From a virus (taxonomy: Duplodnaviria > Caudoviricetes), in the IMG/VR virus record IMGVR_UViG_3300047554_000738, positions 1 to 55,683 of that record: DNA of 55,683 nt, one strand, 5' to 3'. The notes beneath the pieces were generated by a model that had not been told where the DNA came from, searched no databases, and saw nothing but the letters and a program-made list of their open reading frames with translations. Below are positions 34,490 to 45,100 of the stretch, in pieces. The translations under genes were made by a program, and so were the position numbers. Position 1 is the stretch's first letter, and every line of letters begins with the position of its first letter.

Positions 34490-35157
34490 TGGCTATAACA
34501 TTAGGCACACCATCCAATTCAGGGAACCAAACGAACAAAACTACGTTTAGTTTTAATCATACGTGCGAAACACAAGCCAAATGTTTAGTAGTTGTGATAA
34601 CAGGTTATGATTCAAACTCTACAGATACTACAGTGACTTCCTGCACTTATAACGGGCAGACAATGACACAAATAGCTTCAGGTGCTTATTGGGTAACTTC
34701 TATGTTTTGTACTATCTTTTATCTAAGAAACCCTAATATTGGGGGTGCTTATTCTGTGTCGATAACTACGCAAGGCACGTGTACCGATATCCAAGCGACA
34801 GCAATAGCTTTAATAGATGATACTGTAGGATACATAACATACGATACTTCTAATAGGGTAAATGATACCACAACATTGTTTGTCGATGTAGTAGTTAGTT
34901 CTGTGACAACTGGGGCTTATGCTATTGGGGGAGTTGTTGGTTTGTTCCCTACAACAGGAAGTATAGGTGTCACAACAGGTTCACTTATAACAGGTTCTGA
35001 AGCAGACATGGGTTCGCAAGTAGCGGAATGTGCGACTAATACAGAATCAGGAGGGTCAGCACAAATAAAGTGGAATAAATCAGGTTCTAATAGTTCAATT
35101 GGTTTGGTAGCTACATTCAAAGGGGTGGGAAATCCAAGAAGAATATTTATATCATAG
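34489..35157 (+). CDS. Putative fibre-tip/receptor-binding beta-sandwich protein
   Basis: Ser/Thr-rich; SFNHT, LVVVI, TYNGQTMT pattern; follows fibres. Confidence 0.55.
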   Translation: MAITLGTPSNSGNQTNKTTFSFNHTCETQAKCLVVVITGYDSNSTDTTVTSCTYNGQTMTQIASGAYWVTSMFCTIFYLRNPNIGGAYSVSITTQGTCTDIQATAIALIDDTVGYITYDTSNRVNDTTTLFVDVVVSSVTTGAYAIGGVVGLFPTTGSIGVTTGSLITGSEADMGSQVAECATNTESGGSAQIKWNKSGSNSSIGLVATFKGVGNPRRIFIS

Positions 35158-35166
35158 GAGAAACGA

Positions 35167-35469
35167 ATGGAAAAAGAGACAACAGACTTAATAGCAATAA
35201 TCGCAGGATTAGTTGGCATAGGTGGTGGTATATTTATGACTGTAATAAAGATACAGATTGCTGCTATGTTCAAGAAGTTCGAAACACTATGGGATACCCA
35301 AATTGGTCAAACAAAAGATATCAAACAAAATACTAAAGAAATAGGTTTGTTATGGGCAAAGACAAATGCACATGAAAAGCATTTAGCCAAACATGACAAT
35401 GAACTAAATTCTATAAAGACAATGCACGATATTACTCACCCTGATAAACCAATACCGTCATATGATTGA
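35167..35469 (+). CDS. Single-TM coiled-coil protein (holin/XhlA-like)
   Basis: N-terminal TM LIAIIAGLVGIGGGIFMTVI followed by a helical region. Confidence 0.5.
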   Translation: MEKETTDLIAIIAGLVGIGGGIFMTVIKIQIAAMFKKFETLWDTQIGQTKDIKQNTKEIGLLWAKTNAHEKHLAKHDNELNSIKTMHDITHPDKPIPSYD

Positions 35470-35629
35470 AGAAGAGTATATATGTATTAATGGGAAATAC
35501 ATTCCATTAAGCGAGTATCCTGAATCAATACCAGAGATACTGCCAAGAAAAGGTTGGAAATTAAGTTTTTCAATTAAACTAAGTAAGATAATGAAATTGA
35601 TTAGGAGGATACATGGGATATTCAGATGA
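35462..35629 (+). CDS. Small hypothetical ORF (55 aa, not in ORF track)
   Basis: MIEEEYICINGKYIPL...; fills the gap exactly; no clear RBS. Confidence 0.3.
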   Translation: MIEEEYICINGKYIPLSEYPESIPEILPRKGWKLSFSIKLSKIMKLIRRIHGIFR

Positions 35630-36437
35630 CCCTTATGGGTTAAATACTTTAAAACCGAAAGTGCCGTTTTCTTTGCAACGGCCAGAAGAGCAAGGGACTG
35701 ATAATACTACGGCACAAGGCCCTACTACACCTCCGGGTGGAGTAAAACCATTAGTATTGCCAAACACTAACCCTGATGTTGACCCTAATGCGAGTAAGGA
35801 TGATAACAAAGTAACTGTACAGCATGGCTTGATTGATATGGGTGAAGCTGACAGAATGGCTCAAGAGATGACTAATCTTCAGATGCTATATGGCAAACCT
35901 ATCAGAAGAGAAGAAATGACTGACAGGACAAGGCGAGGTATCCAGATAGCAGACCAGGGCATGGAAGAAGCAAGGAACATGAATCCAATGTCAACTTATT
36001 TACTTGGCAACCAAGCTTTACAGGATGCTCAAAAACAAGCCATAGATGCTGCAGCAAGCGGCGCAACAGGTGCAGGTGCATGGTCAGGTGGGGAAGTGTC
36101 CAATAATGCAATGGCAGCCACGCAAATAGCAAATGCGACTATGCCGGTAGCCGCACAGTTCGGAGGACAGAGAGCACAATTATCGCAGGACTTGTTAAAT
36201 AACCAAATGAATAGAAACAATCTGATAGAGCAGAGAAATCAAGATGCTATCAGTCACAGTAATACAAGAGAAATGATAAACGAAGACCACCCTCTAAAAG
36301 CTTTGCTATATCAGATGCAAAACAAACGGAATGCTATGGGTATGTTAGCAGACCAAGCGGCTTTACAAAGAGGAGAAGATATTTTCAGATATAATCCTGA
36401 TATGGACAAACGCAAAGGAGGAGAGTATGGCAACTGA
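35613..36437 (+). CDS. Putative internal virion (ejection) protein
   Basis: Q/N/A/G/M-rich helical protein upstream of giant virion protein; AGGAGG RBS. Confidence 0.6.
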   Translation: MGYSDDPYGLNTLKPKVPFSLQRPEEQGTDNTTAQGPTTPPGGVKPLVLPNTNPDVDPNASKDDNKVTVQHGLIDMGEADRMAQEMTNLQMLYGKPIRREEMTDRTRRGIQIADQGMEEARNMNPMSTYLLGNQALQDAQKQAIDAAASGATGAGAWSGGEVSNNAMAATQIANATMPVAAQFGGQRAQLSQDLLNNQMNRNNLIEQRNQDAISHSNTREMINEDHPLKALLYQMQNKRNAMGMLADQAALQRGEDIFRYNPDMDKRKGGEYGN

Positions 36438-36750
36438 TTGGATGGGATTAGCAGCTAATGCAGCACCTGCAATAGGGAGTATGTTCGGACCGATAGGTTC
36501 AGCAGTTGGAGGTTTAGCCGGTATTGGTTTGAATTTACTTAAACCGAAGGATAAAACGGCTGATTATAAAGCACAGATAGAGAAGATGGCACAAGCAGAA
36601 GCAGGGAAGTATGGTGTCCAATTACCTAATATGACACAACAGGGAGGTGTCAATATGGGTGACCCTGCGTTTGGAAGTATCTTCCAAAAACTTGCAACAA
36701 TGATAAGTGGTAACAATGCTCAGGGACAAGCAGTTCCTCCAGTAAAATAG
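36427..36750 (+). CDS. Putative ejection/DNA-pilot protein
   Basis: Gly-rich hydrophobic N-terminus (AAPAIGSMFGPIGSAVGGLAGIG). Confidence 0.6.
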   Translation: MATDWMGLAANAAPAIGSMFGPIGSAVGGLAGIGLNLLKPKDKTADYKAQIEKMAQAEAGKYGVQLPNMTQQGGVNMGDPAFGSIFQKLATMISGNNAQGQAVPPVK

Positions 36751-36759
36751 GAGTTTACA

Positions 36760-38421
36760 ATGGCAAGTGTACAAAGAACAGGGTTTCAGGACAATACAGG
36801 TGGTATAGATAAAGCTATAATGACCTCAACAGCAGGTATGGCTGACAATCTTGGCAAAGCTGTTGATTTCGCGAGAGAACAAAGGTTACGCAATACAGCA
36901 GCTGCAATGGATATACTCAATGGCATGGCTGCCAATCCTGAGAGATTCAGGGACAAGAATGGTGCTGCTGAACTTACAATCGATGCTTTTGGTGGTTATA
37001 ACGGTAACAAGCAATTTGATTCAGGCAGGACTGCTAAATATGTAGATTTATCAAGAGAAGGTACAGGATTTAATTCGACCCAAAACGAATTGAACAAGGA
37101 AGCTAATGCAAAACAAGTATTAGATGCCCAAAATGCAAGAAATAGTTTGTTATCTCCTATACCTGAATTGCAGCAACAATTAGCTCAGGGTGGTGGCAGT
37201 CCTATACCGACAAGGTCATTAACAGATACTAACCAATTAGTTGATGAGAAACAGAATAAAGCGATGGCTTCCGCTTTTGACTACCAACAGAAAATGAAGG
37301 AATTGCAAAAAACAGATAAAGACGGTAAAACAGAATACAACCGAACTAAAATATACGAACAGTTAAAGAAAGAATTCCCGGATATTGAAAAAATGTCATT
37401 ATCTGAAAAAGAAGATATTGTCAATAACCGCATTGAAGATTTAGATAAGGAGAAGAAATCCTTGTTGGAAGACCCTGACTTAAAGGCAGCAGGTGGTGTT
37501 GATGAAAACGGTAATTTCAGATTAGAAGGTTGGAGCAAAGACAAAGATGGGAAAATGAAAATCTCCACTTCGCAAAACAATAAGGATTCTCAAACAGTTG
37601 GTAGTTCAATAGGAATGAAAGAATCATTTTCTATGACTGCTGATGTTGACCCTACTGAATTAACACAGGTAACAGGCGAGAAAACGACTACTTATGACCC
37701 TACTCTAAAAGATGAGATTAAGACTGATGTAGCCAGTTTGAGTTTCTTGTCTACATTGAAACAGGCAAGTGATAGGATGTCAGGAACTTATCAGGCAGGA
37801 ACACAGAATCAGTATGACAATCTTGTCAACAAGAGACTGGCATGGTTAGATGATGCTCAGAAAGAGATGAACAAGAAGGGTACTGTGAAAGAACTTATTA
37901 CGGCAACCCAAAAGATTGGTGGAGCAAAGAAGAGTATTACTCATGAAGTTGATACAAAAGATAACAGGAATATCAATAATGTTAATGTTGGAGGTAGTTC
38001 GTTCAGTGCGAACACAAATAATGGGGGCGGGGACAAGGTAAAAACAGGGACAGTTATTATAGATGGAGCAGCTGGTGTTGATTTTGGGAATGTCTCTATT
38101 TATAAAGACGCTAATGGGAGGTCTTTGTTCAGTGACGAGACTCCACAATTCCCAATAAATAGAGAATGGCTACCAAAAAATAAAGTGTATAATGGTGGGT
38201 GGAAGGTTTCTGAATTTAACGAAGAGATGAAAAAGAAAGGAAGCGGATACACTATGTCAGAAGGTGGAGTAATATCAAAAGGAGGTGTAAAATTAGGTTT
38301 TTATACTTTTGAAGATAACAAATTAAAATTTAAAGCAAGTCAGGGAGCCCCAACAAATTGGGTCGCAGATTTTACTGGTATTGATTTTAAAGAGTCATCA
38401 ACTACTGGAAGTTCAATTTAG
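36760..38421 (+). CDS. Putative internal virion (ejection) protein (553 aa)
   Basis: Position, composition, AGGAG RBS. Confidence 0.6.
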   Translation: MASVQRTGFQDNTGGIDKAIMTSTAGMADNLGKAVDFAREQRLRNTAAAMDILNGMAANPERFRDKNGAAELTIDAFGGYNGNKQFDSGRTAKYVDLSREGTGFNSTQNELNKEANAKQVLDAQNARNSLLSPIPELQQQLAQGGGSPIPTRSLTDTNQLVDEKQNKAMASAFDYQQKMKELQKTDKDGKTEYNRTKIYEQLKKEFPDIEKMSLSEKEDIVNNRIEDLDKEKKSLLEDPDLKAAGGVDENGNFRLEGWSKDKDGKMKISTSQNNKDSQTVGSSIGMKESFSMTADVDPTELTQVTGEKTTTYDPTLKDEIKTDVASLSFLSTLKQASDRMSGTYQAGTQNQYDNLVNKRLAWLDDAQKEMNKKGTVKELITATQKIGGAKKSITHEVDTKDNRNINNVNVGGSSFSANTNNGGGDKVKTGTVIIDGAAGVDFGNVSIYKDANGRSLFSDETPQFPINREWLPKNKVYNGGWKVSEFNEEMKKKGSGYTMSEGGVISKGGVKLGFYTFEDNKLKFKASQGAPTNWVADFTGIDFKESSTTGSSI

Positions 38422-38429
38422 GAGATATC

Positions 38430-39038
38430 ATGGGACTGATAAATGAAAATAAGAAAATAAGGAAAAATTCGGAAGAAACGACAAAAACCGGGGGTTCTTC
38501 AGCCACTGCACGTAAAGATAGAGAATCTGCATTGAAGAAACTCGAAGAGTTGGCTCATGTCACAGCAGGGACTGACGAGAATGTTAAAGGAGAAGGCAAA
38601 GACCCGAATAAAAGGATAGCTTCTTATAAGCATTATGTTAGCAGATACCGGAAAAACAAACTAACGGATGCTGATAATGCTTTGTACAATACACTAACGC
38701 CTGACGAACAAAAAGGAATTCAAGCTTTACTGTACCACGATAAAGAAACACGTAGAATAGAGAGAGAAGAAGGTGTTGACCATGAAATTGACAGATGGGC
38801 AATAGACAGTGGTACATATAATAAGAAATCATCCAAGACGGGCAAAACTGCCCAAACCAATACAAATGGTGCCTCAACTAATAAAAACGTTGCTACGGTC
38901 ACGCAAAGCCCTAAAATCACGGCTCCTAAGCAAAGTCCGTTGGCGAACTTATTCAAACAAGACAGTAAAAAAAAAACGGTACCAGTACCCAAACCGGAAC
39001 CGAACCCATTTCTCCCCTTGGAGAAGCTAATGTCATAG
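38430..39038 (+). CDS. 202-aa protein; probable true N-terminus of the giant virion RNAP protein
   Basis: Strong AGGAG RBS; contains A10 run where the giant ORF frame opens. Confidence 0.75.
   Translation: MGLINENKKIRKNSEETTKTGGSSATARKDRESALKKLEELAHVTAGTDENVKGEGKDPNKRIASYKHYVSRYRKNKLTDADNALYNTLTPDEQKGIQALLYHDKETRRIEREEGVDHEIDRWAIDSGTYNKKSSKTGKTAQTNTNGASTNKNVATVTQSPKITAPKQSPLANLFKQDSKKKTVPVPKPEPNPFLPLEKLMS
38967..38976 (+). promoter_or_regulatory. A10 candidate -1 frameshift / transcriptional slippage site
   Basis: GAC AGT AAA AAA AAA ACG; the -1 frame is closed by TAA 38966-38968 and then open to 52711. Confidence 0.6.
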
Positions 39039-39148
39039 ACAATCAACAGACTGTAGATTTATATAATACTAAGCAGTCTGCTCCCTACAATTACTACGAT
39101 GTAAATAAGAAACTTATCACAAGCACCGATAAAGGTACTGCTCAATGG

Positions 39149-42100
39149 ATGCACCAAATGGCAGACTATGATGATAAGTTGAAACAACCTTCTCAGGAAT
39201 CTTTACTACTCGGTCAGAAACTTGCTAAAACAGGTGGTACTACTGCAGGGCCGTTTGGCCTGTCTTATGATATGATGCACCCGATACGGCCTGAACCTGT
39301 CGCCCCTAAGAAATTCGATAAGGAAATCAATGACTTACTTAGCAATACTGTTAAATTCAGAAAAGATAAAGCAGGACTTAAGTGGCAATACACCTTAGAC
39401 CCAAAAGAGATTGAAGCTTCTGAAAAGATGCTTGATATGTATTGGCAGGATAAACTCACAGAATTTGGCAAGAAAGGTGGTTATGCTAAGGATATCAGAG
39501 AAGGTGGTACTTATTCTGCATTGCATGAAACAAGAGGATTCTTCTCAGGCTTGGCTGAGTTCTTTACAGACCCTATAACAGCAATAGCGAGGACACAAAC
39601 CGGCACGTTCCATGAAAACAGTGAAATGAAAGAGATAAGAGAATTTACTAAAGCATGGATGGCAGCTAAGGAAGATTTGAATGCTCTCAAATTGAAATAT
39701 AGAACTGAAGATTCCTACCGTAAACCTGTAGCCGAACAAACTAAGTTTTTACAGAATCAAATAGCAGGGACAGGCCACGATTCGAAAGCTATGACCGATT
39801 ACAAACCTGATGAATGGAAACCGAAGGAACCGAAACCTGCTTATGATGTTGATTATGATTATGATGCTGCTGATGTAACTGAGTTGTATGTGAATAAAGC
39901 TGCGAAAGGTGCTTTGGTAGGCATAGCTGAAGGAGTGTTGAGAACCAATATCGTAGGCAATACAAGTGGTGTTGAAATGCAAGACCACTTAGCAAGATTT
40001 GTCCAAGCAAGTCAGGATGGGATTGATTCCGAAAAAGCAAAAGAAATAGCAGGATATATCCAAAACAGGTCTGAACAGGGTGGAGCTATCCAGGATGTAG
40101 CTATCAAGACTATTGGTGATTTGGTAGAAATGACAAGTTCTATGTATTCCCCTGTTGGTGGTTTTGCATTAGGAACAAAAGCTTTCAATGCAGCATATCA
40201 GGCAGCTAAGGCATCTAAGTTTGCAAGGATATTGAGAGCTGTGGATGCAGGGAAATTGACTAAGATGAATCCTGAGTTTAGAAAAAGATATGAAATATTT
40301 AACAAGATATTAAACCCGAAAGCAAGTGCTCCTGTGAACGGTAGTTATATACTGCCGAAAGTGTCTGACATGATTGGGACTAAAAGCGAATATATCGGCA
40401 GATTGGTAGCTTCAAGTTTTGTTGACCAGATGCTGACAGCAGACCATAAACTAACACCTGATGAAGTTATAGAGAACTTAAAGAACATGACAATATTAGG
40501 TGGTATGAACTATGCCTTCTCGAAAGCTTTTATGAAAGGTGCACAACATTTGTTACTCACAAAGACTTTGGCAGGGACTAAGATAGGTGGCTTGGCTCAG
40601 AAACAGTTGAACACTACTGCTGCTGCTATGGTAGGAATAGGACAGTTGGTAGCTCAACCTGCACAGAGTTTGGTACTAAACAGTCTTGATGGCAGGGATA
40701 TAACAGCAGAACAATTTGTTGCTGATATGATTATGGGTTTGGGTATGTCTTATGGTGATTTCTATAAGACAGCACAAGCAAAGGGTGATTCGTGGAAAGT
40801 CAAGAAGTTCGATGAAATCCTGAAAGAGAATTATGACGAAATGGGTTTTGTCCCGAATGTCCCTATAAAAGACCAGACTAACCGTCAGGAAAGTATGGAA
40901 CAGCAAAGTAAGGTTATTGAAGAAGTTGTTAAAACAACTCAGGAACAGAACCCTACCAAGGTAGTTAGAACTGTTCAAGGTACAAAAGATGGACAAGCAG
41001 GAACTATTATTATAGGAAAACAGACTTATGGTCAGGAATTAGTTGGTGAAACAAGAAAAAGATTAGGTCTCAAAGAAGATGAAGCTATAACCGGTAAACA
41101 TTTAATAGATGCTTTCAGTGATGATTTCAAGAAGTCAAGAGTTAAGAAAACTATATTCTCGTTAATCGGGAAGATAGCACCTGATGTCAAGGTAGAATTG
41201 TCGGAGGATATAAATGCACCTGCTGCTTACAAAGACGGTGTGTTGTATCTGAATAATAAAGATGCTTACACACTCAAAAAGGGTGGTATCGGCAAAGCTG
41301 CTACTGTCACTATTGCTCACGAGTTAGTACATGGTTTAGTAGAAGAAAGACTGAAGAATGACGAAGTGTTTGGCAAGAAGATGTATGATATATACTATAA
41401 ATTCAAAGAGAAAGCATCCAATTGGTTAGAGCATCATCCTGACGCTTTTAATTCTATGTCGGAGACTCAAAAAGAAATGATAATGAAGATATTGGGCAAC
41501 ACTTATGAAACAACTGATGAATCAGGGCAGGTAATAAGAGAGATTGATGATGAAGTAAACTTGAATGAACTAATAGCTATCATGTACGAACCTTCAACTG
41601 CTGCCAATACAGTTCGGAAGTTTTTGTACACGGTTGACCCTTCTTTAAAGAATGATATATTAAGCAAGATAGGTGGAGCACTAGGTATTGAATCGGATTT
41701 ATTCAAAGAGATTGATAATGTAATAGTCAATTCAGAAAAGACTTTAATCAATGACAGGCCTGAAGCTTACAAACTATCTGAAGCAAAAGAACCGACAGCA
41801 CTCCCGGGTGAACAAGACCTATATGATGAAGAAGGGGATATGCTCGGCAGTAACGATGATTACGACAGTCCTTTTGAAATGTCCAAAATGTCCATTACGG
41901 AAGCTATGGACTTTATGAGTGCTGAAGAGAATTTCACAAAAGTTGCTGAAGTAAAGAAGGCATTAACAACTGAAGTAGAAGAAGAAAATATAACTGAATC
42001 AAGGAACAGGGATTTTGAAGTTGAGGTTAAGGTTAATTCTCTCAAAAGAAGGTTAGAAGTTGCAACTGATGAAAGACTTGATAAATTGTTAGCATCCACT

Positions 42101-45100
42101 GATGATGAAATTAAGCAGCATATTGCCAAATATGTCCAAGATGCAACTGAACAGCAGAACACTTTTAGAAAAATCAAGAATCTCCGTAAAGTAGAATCAC
42201 TTGGTATAAATGTTACTTTAAGTAAAAAGAAAGGTATTTCAGTAACAAAGGTAGCTCCTATTAACGGGATGACACCTAAAAACAGGCCTGTAAAGGGTTA
42301 TACAGGTAAACAGGTATATTTAGATAAGGGACTGGCTTTAATGGCCGTAGAAGCGACAGGAAGTGGCTTATTTAATGGCATAGGGTTGAATACCTTAGCA
42401 GAATTGGCTAATCCTGACAATATCACTCTAATTGAAGGTTATTATCCAAGTAGTACAAAGAAGGTAGGTGATAATTTTGTTACAAGTCCGATTAAAAACA
42501 AAATATCAGATAAACTTGACCCGAACATATTCGCAACTACTGATTTAGGTGGGAAGTTACTTGCTCAGGGTTATTTCCTTATGCCGAAAGTTAAGGGACA
42601 GAGAGCTATTAAATTGCCAGGGATAGCTGAAACGTTAAAAGACCGCAGGAACTTTGTAACCGGTATTGATAATTTCTTTATTAAGAAGATGCTTGTGAAC
42701 GAAGCTACTTATGATTACAATTATGAGAAAGCTACACAGATTAAATCGTTCATGGAGAATTTCGATTCAGGGAAGTTACTAAAAGTCATAACAAATAAGA
42801 TAAATGCCGAAATGGAAGGCAGGGAACTCCCTTTCTATGTAAAAGACATAATCAAAGACGGTGAAACTCCCGAGAAGATAACAGCACTCACCAAGCAGGC
42901 AGAAGCTTTTAAACCGATGATGGATGAAATCAAACAGATAGTCAAGAAATATTACACAGACAATACAGGCAAAATAAGACTACCTGAATGGGTTAATGAA
43001 AAATCTGCTATTCCTGACCAAGCTGTTTACGATAGATTAGTGAGAGTTATTTACGGTTTGACTGACAATGGTTTCAAAACTTCATGGAACAAAGTTGACA
43101 GTAAAGAAGTCACTCCTGTCAAATCTACTGATAAGTATTTGAACATATTGACTGCAGACCATTATAACAGATTAGGGGATATGGGACAATTAGCTGACTT
43201 AGCAGGGGATATCCGGCTTGAGACTGGCGGCTATGACACAGACCATATGAAGCAGAAATATGGCATGGATGTGAACTCCGATGGAGATGGTGTATTAAGG
43301 ACATTAAGTGTATCTGATGATTATTTAAAAGATAACTTAGGTTTCTCAGATGAAGATATTGCAGAATATACACGGTTTATTACAATGTTTTCTGAACAGG
43401 AAACTGATGGTGTGCTAATGTCACTTAATGACAATACATATAGTTTGTTAGCCAAGACACTCGGAATTAAAGAAGATGCATGGCAGAAAGTACCCGGGTT
43501 GAAACCGAAAGGTGTTGAATTTAACAATGGGAATGTTCGCATAACAAAAGGTATGTTATGGAATATTAACAATATGAAAGATATTGCAAACCGTAATCCA
43601 TGGTTAGCTAAGATTATACAAGCTGCTAAGGATAATAACATAGCAGTCCTTTATATGCCAACTGCAAGTAAAGGTAAACATACTGCAAAAGTTAAGTTTG
43701 TCGATATTGATGAAAAAACAAGAGCAGTTGTGGATAATGACAATACTCTGTTGTCAGTTGAAATCAAATCAGGGGATAAATGGAAAACTGACCCTGATGT
43801 CACAAAAGCTTATAAATCAGAATTTGCATTAGGGTTTATGAACGGCATTGTTCCTGAATGGGCAATAGGGCATATGAAGATAACAGGTGATGATGCTCTG
43901 ACTTTTGAGAATTATGTGCATGGTTCCGATATTGCATTAGGAGCTAATGGATTTGAAACAATCTTAGCCACTCAAAGAACGAGTAATTTATTTGCAGGAG
44001 AACAAGGGCAGAAGGTATATGATATTTTACAGAATCACATAAACTACAATATCCAAAAGAGTTCAGGTAAAATCAAAGATATCATGTTATCATCTGAAAT
44101 CGGAGCAAGAATGATGCAGGGTATTGGCAAACTTAAACCTGATTTCAAAGTGACTGCTGCCGAGCATAAAGCACTTGGCAGTTTTGTGCAACAGGCACTC
44201 GACTATTTCGAAAGACAAATTGATGCTGACAGGACAGATGATACTATCCATACTTACGGTGAAAATGCTTACGTCCTATACGACAGGTTATCACAAATGG
44301 TAGATAGCAGAGGGAATTTTCTTCTGAACAAACTACCTTTACTGATTACAATGAACAATATACTCGCAGGCAGGACTTTGACCGAAGGCAACAATAGTTT
44401 GGGTGCAACTTTAATGAGATACGCTGTTGAGGACATGATAAAAGGTAGAGTGCCTGTAATGGCTTCCAAGATAATGCCTGACTTCAACGCAGAATCTGCT
44501 GTAATCTATACTATCAACAAGATTGCACAGGATAGGTTAGATGAAGCGATGAACAAGGATATTGATGCAAGAGACCAGAATGGCAGGATTATATGGAATT
44601 CTCAAAAACAACAATTATACCGTGACCTTGTTAAAATGGAACTTGGTTCTATGTATGGCATCGAAAACTATGACGAGCATGTAGAAGTTTACGGCATAGC
44701 TAATAAAGGCACAACCGAGATAGAAGGTTTTGAAGTAGCGAAGGAAGTAAAAGCTTTAACTGCTTCAATATTGACACCAAAAGAGAGGTTAGACTTACTC
44801 GGCAGCAAGTTCATTGACGAGAATGGCAAATTGCGTAATCGTGGTGTGATACTTGGTAGAGATAATTACGAAAAGGAAATTAAGTATAGACAAAAAATGC
44901 ACAGATTATATCCTGACAAAGGGTTTGATAAACCGTTAATGCCAGGCGATAAAATGCTATTTGTCAAGATACCTTCTGATGACTATACCAATACTTTGAT
45001 GCCTTTATACTTTGCAGGAGTGACCGAGCAGGAGGGTGTGGTTATAACTGAAAGTGGTATTATCAAGTTTACAGGAGGTGATTTTGACGGTGACGGAATA

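Noticed and set aside
28937-35157. Diversity-generating retroelement or invertase-based fibre switching
   Set aside because: No reverse transcriptase or recombinase, no TR/VR pair differing at adenines, and no inverted repeats noticed
39036-39038. TAG read-through or alternative genetic code linking the 202-aa ORF to the giant ORF
   Set aside because: The giant ORF is in a different frame, another TAG follows within six codons, and all large genes are intact in the standard code
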